Shown here: positions 17,289 to 25,020 of the stretch, piece by piece | How positions within the stretch are numbered: the stretch's first letter is position 1 | How the letters are laid out: each line of letters opens with the position of its first letter | NCBI GenBank assembly: GCA_001794905.1 | Contig: MGLW01000021.1 | Location: forward strand, 1-28,007 | DNA length: 28,007 bases | DNA from: Chlamydiae bacterium RIFCSPHIGHO2_12_FULL_49_11 | GTDB lineage: Bacteria > Chlamydiota > Chlamydiia > Chlamydiales > 2-12-FULL-49-11 | Reading direction: 5' to 3' | Made by a program: the position numbers and the translations under genes | The notes under the pieces: model-generated | The model's database searches: none | Told to the model about the DNA's origin: nothing | What the model saw: only the letters and a program-made list of their open reading frames with translations

Positions 17289-18662
17289 TTATAGCAAAGG
17301 CCGCCATGTCCAGGAAAGGCTAGCTCCGGATCCGCTATAACAGACTTGCTCTCCCGGTTGCAGAACGAAACCGCACGGAGCGCCTGAGGCGACTATCGTT
17401 CCCTCAGAAGAAAAATCGTACCAAGATCGCACCCTCACTTGAAATGAGTCGCTCCCGCTCGTCCCTGAGATTGCAATCCACTGGGGCTGACAACTTTTGT
17501 TGAGGACCCATACTCCTCCACCGGGCATGCTCGGCATGCTAAAACCGGTTGGGTTTTGGCCCGAGTCATCAATGGTCACGCCATAGCCGCCCCAGCTTGC
17601 ATCTTGGGCGTTTGGATTAGACAGGAGACTGGTGACGCCCCCGATCAGCACATTGCGCAGGCGGAGCGGTCCTCCTTTGTGGTTATCGATTCCAACGCTT
17701 GAGTTGGCAATTACGCCGCCGACAATTTCATTATAGGCACATGTGTTGTCGGCTTGTACCAGTCCCGTTTCAAGAACTTCGATATCGATAGAAAAGCTAT
17801 TGCCGTTACAATAGTTTGCAAAAACGAGCCCCTGATTGCAATGTCCCGGAGCTAAAAAACCACGGCACATGTTGCATCGGTTGAGTTGGATAGCAGCAAG
17901 TCCGCTTCCGGTTGCGCCGCAGTTTCCTACAATGTTTAAGAGGGACGAATAGATTGCGTTGAGGACGATCGCCTGCGCCCCGCCTCCGGTTGAAGCATTG
18001 GTAACATTCACAGTAATGACAAAATCATTTGTCGGATCTTGGAGATCGGTACGGCCAAATTGCGCTGCGACACCATCCACATTGGCGTCAATTTCCAAAT
18101 TGACAAATCGGCCCCAAAAGTTATTTTGCGTCTGGCTCGATCCCAAAAAAAAGCAAGGGGCCGGGACATCAGGTGCAAAACTGATGCACGAGCGACCCAT
18201 TCCATTAAAGTCAACGTCACACCCGCCGTTGGAAAAACCGAAGGTGTCAAAATTCACCTGCTTTCTGCACTTGTATGTATTGCCCATGCCGCGAAGGCGC
18301 ATCTTCAAAAACATGTGAGCGCGAAAAGCCTGTTCTAAAGCGGTGGAGCAGTCGTCATTGTCAACCGTTGCTCCCAAAAATTCGGGATAAAATTCCCCGC
18401 CCGCGTCTTGCCAATAAGAACCATCATCCGTTTTGACATGCCACGGCTGTACCGGATTGGGCGCAGTCGATAAGCGCACCATCCAACGTGGCGGCGCATC
18501 CCCTTCGACCGAATAACACGTAATACAGATCATCTTGACGGGCAAATCAATTGAGGTGGCGGCAGCTGCTCCCATGTTGTCCAAAAACACACATCCGCTC
18601 TGTCCCCACACAGCTGCAGACAACAATATTAAACATACTTTAACAAAATTCATGCGCTCCAT
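17289..18662 (-). CDS. Secreted right-handed beta-helix protein, phage tail-spike / pectate lyase-like
   Basis: Signal peptide (MNFVKVCLILLSAAVWG), then CYSVEGDAP...TDDGSYW...YPEFLGATVDNDDCSTALEQAF, resembling the tail-spike neck and Pectate_lyase_3 entry motif. Asn/Gly/Cys-rich beta-helix coils follow, then a Trp-rich C-terminal beta domain. Confidence 0.7.
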   Translation of the reverse strand: MERMNFVKVCLILLSAAVWGQSGCVFLDNMGAAAATSIDLPVKMICITCYSVEGDAPPRWMVRLSTAPNPVQPWHVKTDDGSYWQDAGGEFYPEFLGATVDNDDCSTALEQAFRAHMFLKMRLRGMGNTYKCRKQVNFDTFGFSNGGCDVDFNGMGRSCISFAPDVPAPCFFLGSSQTQNNFWGRFVNLEIDANVDGVAAQFGRTDLQDPTNDFVITVNVTNASTGGGAQAIVLNAIYSSLLNIVGNCGATGSGLAAIQLNRCNMCRGFLAPGHCNQGLVFANYCNGNSFSIDIEVLETGLVQADNTCAYNEIVGGVIANSSVGIDNHKGGPLRLRNVLIGGVTSLLSNPNAQDASWGGYGVTIDDSGQNPTGFSMPSMPGGGVWVLNKSCQPQWIAISGTSGSDSFQVRVRSWYDFSSEGTIVASGAPCGFVLQPGEQVCYSGSGASLSWTWRPLL

Positions 18663-18663
18663 G

Positions 18664-18679
18664 TAGACAGTGTAGCCAT
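18664..18679 (+). repeat. Intergenic 16-bp motif, copy 2 (TAGACAGTGTAGCCAT)
   Basis: 16 of 18 bases identical to 27934-27951. Overlaps the predicted minus-strand -10 box TACACT. Confidence 0.6.
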
Positions 18680-18717
18680 GAAAAATAATTTGATCAAATT
18701 TTTTTTTCAGGTATCAT
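18669..18717. promoter_or_regulatory. Bidirectional promoter sharing a palindromic -35 element
   Basis: Perfect 14-bp palindrome AATTTGATCAAATT (18687-18700). Minus strand: TTGATC-N17-TACACT (18674-18669). Plus strand: TTGATC-N16-TATCAT (18712-18717). Each -10 lies exactly 6 nt from an ATG. Confidence 0.6.
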
Positions 18718-18723
18718 AACGGA

Positions 18724-19257
18724 ATGAGAATCCTGTTTAGTTTGGTTTTAGCGGCAAGCTTAGGTATACATGCTTCTGATTCCGATCGACTTTACCGTCT
18801 TGAATCGGCAACCCAAAAAACCCTTTTTTTGCTACAACGTTTTGAGCAAAATGAGAATCTAAACGAATATTATATACGTTATACGGATGTCATACAAAAA
18901 TGTCGGTCACTGTATTTGTCATTGCTGACAGAAAGCCCAAAATGCCTTCATATAGTTCTATCTCACGATGCGCCTTCCTTGAAAGAAGAAGCGGAAAAAT
19001 ATTTGGATCAATCGATTAAGGAATTTCTGATGGGCACCACGGTTACAGGCTTTGCCGTGATTGAACTGATGAGGCAAGATCCTTTGGGAGCAGCGTTGCT
19101 GGCAAAAGAAGGGTTTGAAAAATTTGAAGCTTCATATCGTGATTTTCAAGAGGCAAGAAGGCTTCAGGCGTTGAACCAACATGAATCGCCGTCGATAGAG
19201 CATGAATTTCAGAATAGGGCGTCCGAACCCGATGTTTTTGACAGGAGGGATTATTGA
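18724..19257 (+). CDS. Secreted helical hypothetical protein
   Basis: Signal peptide (MRILFSLVLAASLGIHA), helical body with one hydrophobic stretch (FLMGTTVTGFAVIELM), visibly AT-richer DNA than the flanks. Confidence 0.7.
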   Translation: MRILFSLVLAASLGIHASDSDRLYRLESATQKTLFLLQRFEQNENLNEYYIRYTDVIQKCRSLYLSLLTESPKCLHIVLSHDAPSLKEEAEKYLDQSIKEFLMGTTVTGFAVIELMRQDPLGAALLAKEGFEKFEASYRDFQEARRLQALNQHESPSIEHEFQNRASEPDVFDRRDY

Positions 19258-19598
19258 TGGACAGTTTGTGGCTAATTGTACCGTGTATCTATGTGGGCTT
19301 TTTAACGGTTAAATCAATCCGTCAAAAAAGGTGGGATTTTTCGTTATTCTTTTGGCTTTTTATTTTGCTTCTTTTCTGCGGAGCCTGGTTCTATTACCGG
19401 TCACTCAGCGTCACATTTACAACATTAAATGCAATTTCCATCTATATCCTAATCCTTGTCTTTAGTGTTGACGCATTGATACATTATCTGCAATCGAGAA
19501 AACCCATTGATTTGACAGCGTCCATCATTGGTTTCCTTTTGGTTTTCTTTCAGTTTTTGATTCCTGCTGTATCCCGCATACTCTCTCGGGGATTTTAG
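19254..19598 (+). CDS. Small integral membrane protein (about 4 TMs), hypothetical
   Basis: 114 aa, four hydrophobic segments. Its start overlaps the upstream stop (TTGATG); its stop overlaps the topA stop. Confidence 0.7.
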   Translation: MMDSLWLIVPCIYVGFLTVKSIRQKRWDFSLFFWLFILLLFCGAWFYYRSLSVTFTTLNAISIYILILVFSVDALIHYLQSRKPIDLTASIIGFLLVFFQFLIPAVSRILSRGF

Positions 19599-22102
19599 GA
19601 TAGGTGCTGCGAGAGGTAGCGGGCGATTTGCATCATCTGGATTGGCTCGGGCGTGCCGGTCATCTTTGCAAAAGGGGCATCGGGCACGATCATGCGCCTG
19701 TCTTTCGGATCTTGCAATTTGTGCTTCTTGATGTAGTCCCAAATTTTTTTCGTTGCATCTCCGCGCGTCACTTCGGCCCCGCCGATGAGGGCGGCGAGAT
19801 CTTTGGAAGGGGTAAGCTTCCGCTTGCGGCCAAAGCCTTTTCCGGTGCGCGGTTTTGCTGCCGTCTTGGAATGATCTTTGTACTTGGTGGCAAGTTCTTC
19901 GACGGAGTTTGCGATCACGTCACAATCAGGATAGTTGGTGCAAGAAAAAAACATTTTTCCAAAACGGGAACGGCGCTGCACAATCTGTCCGTCACACCCT
20001 TCAGCCGGGCAGGGGGGAAGATTTTTCACCTGTTCTTCTCCGAGAAGGGGAATGTTCACGATGCCGTTGCATTTGGGGTAATTGATACAGCCAAGGAAAA
20101 TGCCGAAGCGGCTTTTGCGCACTTTCATTTCGCTGTCGCATTTGGGGCATTTTTGGTTCCATTTGAATTTGGGATCGTACTTGGACCGGTCGATGTCAAT
20201 CTCTTCGAGGTGTGCCGTGTAATCGCAATCGGGATAGTTTTCACACCCGTAAAAGTAGCCGTTGCGCGACCAGATTTTAAGCACTTTGCCGCCACACTTG
20301 GGACAGAGTTTGTCCGTTTCTTGCTTGGGGACGTGCGCTTCCTGGAATGCCTTTTCGAGTGTGGGACAAAACCCTTTCCAGAAGTGGGCGAGGAACTCCT
20401 TCCAGTTCACTTTGTGCTCCGAAATGTCATCGAGCTGTTGTTCCATGTCGGCAGTAAAATCTACATTCATGATGTCGGGAAAATTGGTCTCAAGCATTTC
20501 ACAAATCACCATGCCAAGCTCCGTTGGGATCATGGTGTTGCGTTCTTTGGTGGTATACTCGCGGCTTAAGATTTTTTGCATGATCGACGCGTAGGTCGAC
20601 GGCCTTCCGATCCCCGACTTTTCAAGTTCTTTGATGAGGGAGGCTTCGGTATAACGAGGCGGTGGCTTGGTGAACGACTGTTTCTTGTCGACGCCGAGGA
20701 GTTTTAACGTTTCCCCTTCGGTAAGGGACGGGATGCGTTCATTTTTATCTCCCTCCTCGCTGTCGTCTGACTTTTCTTCGTACACGGCTAAAAATCCGTC
20801 AAATTTAATGACGGCGCCGGTGACACGGAGGGTGAGGTTGTCATTTGTGTGAATGTCGGCAGAGAGTGTGTCGTAAATCGCGCTCGCCATTTGTGATGCG
20901 ATAAATCGCTTCCAGATGAGAGAATAGAGTTTAAACTGCTCGGGATTGAGATAGTCGCGGATTTCATCGGGAGTTTTAAAAATCTGCGTCGGCCGGATCG
21001 CTTCATGCGCTTCTTGGGCATGCTTTTTGGTCTTATAAACACGGGGCTCGTCAGGGAGGTATTTTTTGTTGAAATTTCCCGTAATCCAGTTCTTGGCGTC
21101 CCTCATCGCTTCTTCCGAAACACGGACAGAGTCGGTTCTCATATAGGTGATGAGACCTTCGATATCGCCCGTTCCCAGTTCAACCCCTTCGTAGAGCGAC
21201 TGGGCGATTTGCATGGTACGCTGCGAGGAAAACGAGAAATGGCGAGCCGCTTCTTGCTGCAAGGTCGAGGTGATGAACGGAGGTTGCGGGTGGCGCTTGC
21301 GCTCTTTCTTTTCAACGGTACCTACTGAATAGGATGCTTTTTTAAGCCGCTTTTCGATTGCCGTCGCTTTCGCTTCGGTGTCGATCATGACGACATTTTT
21401 CTTGTCGCTTTTCTCTTTTTCGACTTTTTTGCCGTCCACATGGGTTAAAAAAGCCAGGAGCTTATCTTTGTTTTTGGCAAGTTCGCTTGTGAGGACCCAA
21501 TATTCTTGGGGGATGAATTTTTTGATTTCCCTTTCGCGATCGACCACAAATTTGAGGGCAACCGATTGTACCCGCCCGGCGGAAAGACCTTTTCCGCCCC
21601 CTTTTCTTCCCTGGACGCGACGCTGTAAAAGGGGCGAGACCGAGTAACCGACAATCCGGTCTAAAAAACGGCGTGCCTGCTGTGCTTCAAACAAATCTTG
21701 GTCGATATCGCGGGGGTGGTTCAACGCTTCCAGCACGCTTTTTTTCGTGATTTCATTGAAGGAGACACGTTGGATGTTGGATTTGCGGGGAAGGACCGAC
21801 GCGATATGCCAGGCAATTGCCTCTCCTTCGCGGTCAGGGTCGGGACAGAGATAGACGATGTCGGCATTTTTGGCTTTTTGCTGGATTTTTTTGATCACTT
21901 CTTCTTTGCCTTCCAGCACAACATATTCGGCTTCAAAGTCGTGGTCGACGTCGATCCCGAATTTTTTGCTCGGCAAGTCGATGATGTGCCCTTTAGACGA
22001 TTCGAAATCGTACGAGCTATCCAAAAACTTTTTTAACGTCTTGATTTTGGTAGGGGACTCAACAATAATGAGTTTTTTACCTGTTTTGCGAGCCTGTGCC
22101 AT
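19595..22102 (-). CDS. topA: DNA topoisomerase I with three Zn ribbons and a C-terminal SWIB domain
   Basis: LIIVESPTK, DPDREGEAIAWH, SAGRVQS, catalytic GLITYMRTDS, GIGRPSTYA, three C4 ribbons, and SWIB (PSKDLAALIG..VTRGDATKKIWDYIKKHKLQDP). Confidence 0.97.
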   Translation of the reverse strand: MAQARKTGKKLIIVESPTKIKTLKKFLDSSYDFESSKGHIIDLPSKKFGIDVDHDFEAEYVVLEGKEEVIKKIQQKAKNADIVYLCPDPDREGEAIAWHIASVLPRKSNIQRVSFNEITKKSVLEALNHPRDIDQDLFEAQQARRFLDRIVGYSVSPLLQRRVQGRKGGGKGLSAGRVQSVALKFVVDREREIKKFIPQEYWVLTSELAKNKDKLLAFLTHVDGKKVEKEKSDKKNVVMIDTEAKATAIEKRLKKASYSVGTVEKKERKRHPQPPFITSTLQQEAARHFSFSSQRTMQIAQSLYEGVELGTGDIEGLITYMRTDSVRVSEEAMRDAKNWITGNFNKKYLPDEPRVYKTKKHAQEAHEAIRPTQIFKTPDEIRDYLNPEQFKLYSLIWKRFIASQMASAIYDTLSADIHTNDNLTLRVTGAVIKFDGFLAVYEEKSDDSEEGDKNERIPSLTEGETLKLLGVDKKQSFTKPPPRYTEASLIKELEKSGIGRPSTYASIMQKILSREYTTKERNTMIPTELGMVICEMLETNFPDIMNVDFTADMEQQLDDISEHKVNWKEFLAHFWKGFCPTLEKAFQEAHVPKQETDKLCPKCGGKVLKIWSRNGYFYGCENYPDCDYTAHLEEIDIDRSKYDPKFKWNQKCPKCDSEMKVRKSRFGIFLGCINYPKCNGIVNIPLLGEEQVKNLPPCPAEGCDGQIVQRRSRFGKMFFSCTNYPDCDVIANSVEELATKYKDHSKTAAKPRTGKGFGRKRKLTPSKDLAALIGGAEVTRGDATKKIWDYIKKHKLQDPKDRRMIVPDAPFAKMTGTPEPIQMMQIARYLSQHLS

Positions 22103-22137
22103 AGCTTTCTAATTAGAGGTCATCCATTAATTGTAAA

Positions 22138-22170
22138 CAGGTTTCTTTAGGGGTGCACCCTAAAAACCTG
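22138..22170. repeat. Imperfect inverted repeat between divergent topA and the glycosyltransferase operon
   Basis: CAGGTTT(CT)TTAGGG-GTGCA-CCCTAAAAACCTG: 13-bp arms with a 2-nt bulge. Confidence 0.7.
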
Positions 22171-22232
22171 AGTTTTGGGTTTATCGCCTGAAAAGATAGA
22201 TTTTTTCGTGAATTAATGACAAGGAGAATATA

Positions 22233-23276
22233 ATGGGCGGCATGAAGCCATTTCCAATTTTGCTCAGTTTGTTCTCTTTATGTATAGGCTGCGCCGAAAA
22301 AGTCGATTTTGCCCGGTGGATGGGGAAAGGGAAAAAGTGTTACAAACATGTTCGGACGAAGGAAGATATCCAAGACCTGGAACTGTTTCGAGCTCATTAT
22401 GAAAAAAATTATCGGGAAAATCCGGCCGACCGGGCAGTACCTCGTATGATCCACTTTATCTGGCTGGGTCCCAAGGAATTTCCACCCGATTTTCGTGTTA
22501 ACATGGCCGGATGGCAAGCGTGCCATCCCGACTGGGAAGTGAAATTGTGGTCCGACAGAATCCGGCAAGGCATTCCCGAAGGCGTTCATTGCCACCAAGT
22601 TCCCCCTTCGCTCGTGGGGGAATTCCGTCCCCTTTTGGAAGAGAGCGACAATTACGGGGAGAGGTCAGACCTTCTGAGACTGATCATATTAGAGAAGGAG
22701 GGGGGGGTTTACGTGGATCACGACGTTCGATGCCGACGCTCCTTTGCCGGGTTTGCCGCATCCTACGATTTTTTTACCGGTCTGCAAAATCCCGGCAACC
22801 ATATCTTGAAACGGGCGGCCGTAGTGCGAAATAGCATCATCGGCTGCCGATCGCACCACCCCGTGATCAAAGAGGCGCTGGACATTACGAAAAAAACCTG
22901 GGATGACTCAGAAAAGCGGTTTCCCGGACGGGATCTCGATGCGGTCATGGCGCGCGTCACCCATCGGGCTTTTCTTGCCTTCCATAAAGCAGTCACAAAT
23001 GCGCTCGGCGACCCCACTTTCACGGGCATTGTATTTCCTGCCGGCTTTTTTAATGAAATCGACGGAGAGTTTGGTCTCTATGCCAATGAAACGATGGCAG
23101 GTGCGTGGTACCGCGATGAGATGAATTATTATGAAAGGTATTTGATGGGAAGAGTGCATACTCTTATGAAACGGCTCCATGCTTTCATGGCAATTGCAGG
23201 AGGTCTCATTTTCGGAAATTTTATCCTTCTCATCCTCTTCATGCGCCGAAATCGATTGAGCAAATTGCAATATTGA
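22233..23276 (+). CDS. GT32 (Och1 / DxD sugar-binding) glycosyltransferase with N-terminal signal and C-terminal TM anchor
   Basis: VPRMIHFIWLG, HPDWEVKLW, SDLLRLIILEKEGGVYVDHD and NSIIGC..HHP. Lipobox-like SLCIGC, C-terminal TM (AFMAIAGGLIFGNFILLILFM), RBS AAGGAG at 22221-22226. Confidence 0.88.
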   Translation: MGGMKPFPILLSLFSLCIGCAEKVDFARWMGKGKKCYKHVRTKEDIQDLELFRAHYEKNYRENPADRAVPRMIHFIWLGPKEFPPDFRVNMAGWQACHPDWEVKLWSDRIRQGIPEGVHCHQVPPSLVGEFRPLLEESDNYGERSDLLRLIILEKEGGVYVDHDVRCRRSFAGFAASYDFFTGLQNPGNHILKRAAVVRNSIIGCRSHHPVIKEALDITKKTWDDSEKRFPGRDLDAVMARVTHRAFLAFHKAVTNALGDPTFTGIVFPAGFFNEIDGEFGLYANETMAGAWYRDEMNYYERYLMGRVHTLMKRLHAFMAIAGGLIFGNFILLILFMRRNRLSKLQY

Positions 23277-23313
23277 TTTAAAATCTCGGAAAAAATCGAC
23301 GGGAAAGGGGGGT

Positions 23314-25020
23314 ATGCGACTATTTTTATTTTTGCTTGCAATAATCGGTTTCCTTGGTGCGTCCGAATTGAACGTTGCTACGTTGGGAAATGGGCAGTGC
23401 GCTATCCGGAACTATTTTACCATCGTGACTCTATCGTATAATAATGCCCGCTGGTGTGAAAAAAATCTTACCTCGCTCCTGAATCAGGATTACGACAACT
23501 ACGACGTGGTTTATGTCGACGATGCATCTACAGATGGGACGGGGGAACTGGTAGAAAGTTATGTAAACGGACACCCGCAAAAAAACCGGATACGCCTTGT
23601 GCATAACAGAGTCAATCAGGGTGCACTGGCCAATCTTTACGCTACGTTGCGCAGTATTCCGGATGATCATATCGTCGTTCTCGTTGACGGGGACGATTCC
23701 CTTGAGGGAACCGATGTCCTTTCGAAATTAAACAGGTATTATAATGCCAATGATGCGTGGCTGACCTACGGCCAACACCGGTTTGATCCGTGGGGGCTCA
23801 TTGGCCACACAAGGCCCGTGACCCGCGCCTTTCTGGAATCCCAACAGGGCAGAAGCGACACATGGTTTTTTTCTCATGTACGCACCTTTTATGCCGGCCT
23901 TTTCAAAAAAATCCGGCTAGATGATTTGCTGGAGGAGGACACGTTTTTCCCGATCACCTTTGACCTTGCTGTGATGTACCCCATGGTTGAGATGGCCGGA
24001 GTCCACACCTACTTTGTGAGCGACATCCTGTATAATTATAACACTATCAATCCCATCAGCGATTTCCGGAAACATCTCGATTTGCAACGGGCCATGGAAA
24101 AGGTGATCCGTGCGAAAGCCCGCTATCCGCGAGTTGAAGAGCATCCGTCCGTAGCAGTTCAGGGGGAGGCGGCCGACATCATTGCTTTTTCTTTTAATCG
24201 ACCCATGCAGCTTTATTCCCTTCTAGAATCGGTTGAAAAAAGGGTCAAAGGCGTCAATACGACGACCGTGATTTATCGGTGCACCGAAGAAAAATATGAG
24301 CAAGGGTATCGGGAAGTAAAAAAACGCTTCCCCGAGGTCCGTTTCCGCAGGCAGTCGAATGACAAAGAAATTGCTTACACGCAATATAAGCCGTGGGTTC
24401 TCGAAGCGCTCGGGACAGAAGAAGGCAAGGCAAACTATGTGGTGTTTGCCGTTGATGATATCATCGTGATCGGAGACATCGATATCGCCGCTGATGTCAA
24501 AGCCCTCAAAGAAACGGGAGGATACGGCTTTTTTTACCGGCTCGGAATTTTGAACGATTTTTCTTTTATGGAAAATCGTGCCGCACGTCAGCCGAGGCTG
24601 ATCAGCGTTGACTATCAGCGATTCGCCTGGCGTTTCGGGAGGGGCGATTGTGAATGGAAATATCCCCATACGGTCGACTTCACCATCTACAAAAAAAGCG
24701 ACATTCTCCGGTTCCATCAAAATGCCGATTATCACTACCCGAATGACCACGAAGGCGGATGGGCGGCCACTGCGCTGCATGACGGAACACTCAGCAAGCT
24801 GGGGCTGTGTCCCCAATTTCAGAAAATTGTGAACATTCCCCTCAATGTCGTATCCCACTACGGAAACAATTTGCAGCTCAACATGTATTCGGAGACGGAG
24901 CTCCTCGAAAAATTTGAAGAAGGATACAAAATTGATGTGGATAAGCTGTACAATGCGCGTCCCCACTCATCGCATGCCGAACTGCCGATCCATTTCATAA
25001 TGCGGTCGCCGAATGGGTAA
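23314..25020 (+). CDS. Two-domain glycosyltransferase (GT2 plus a second GT-A-like domain) with signal peptide
   Basis: SYNN, QDYDNYDVVYVDDASTDGT, VLVDGDD and SHVRTFYAGLF. Second domain: IIAFSFNRPMQLYSLLES...FAVDDIIV...FYRLG. Confidence 0.88.
   Translation: MRLFLFLLAIIGFLGASELNVATLGNGQCAIRNYFTIVTLSYNNARWCEKNLTSLLNQDYDNYDVVYVDDASTDGTGELVESYVNGHPQKNRIRLVHNRVNQGALANLYATLRSIPDDHIVVLVDGDDSLEGTDVLSKLNRYYNANDAWLTYGQHRFDPWGLIGHTRPVTRAFLESQQGRSDTWFFSHVRTFYAGLFKKIRLDDLLEEDTFFPITFDLAVMYPMVEMAGVHTYFVSDILYNYNTINPISDFRKHLDLQRAMEKVIRAKARYPRVEEHPSVAVQGEAADIIAFSFNRPMQLYSLLESVEKRVKGVNTTTVIYRCTEEKYEQGYREVKKRFPEVRFRRQSNDKEIAYTQYKPWVLEALGTEEGKANYVVFAVDDIIVIGDIDIAADVKALKETGGYGFFYRLGILNDFSFMENRAARQPRLISVDYQRFAWRFGRGDCEWKYPHTVDFTIYKKSDILRFHQNADYHYPNDHEGGWAATALHDGTLSKLGLCPQFQKIVNIPLNVVSHYGNNLQLNMYSETELLEKFEEGYKIDVDKLYNARPHSSHAELPIHFIMRSPNG

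Noticed and set aside
17289-19598. Prophage or integrative element
   Set aside because: No integrase, transposase, structural phage genes, tRNA or flanking direct repeats were seen.
19604-20569. 321-aa ORF on the plus strand
   Set aside because: Lies wholly antisense to topA with no recognisable motifs; a shadow ORF.
22233-23276. Large clostridial-type glucosylating cytotoxin
   Set aside because: It shares the SDxxR...GGxYxDxD motif but is only 347 aa, with no protease or translocation domains; GT32 fits better.
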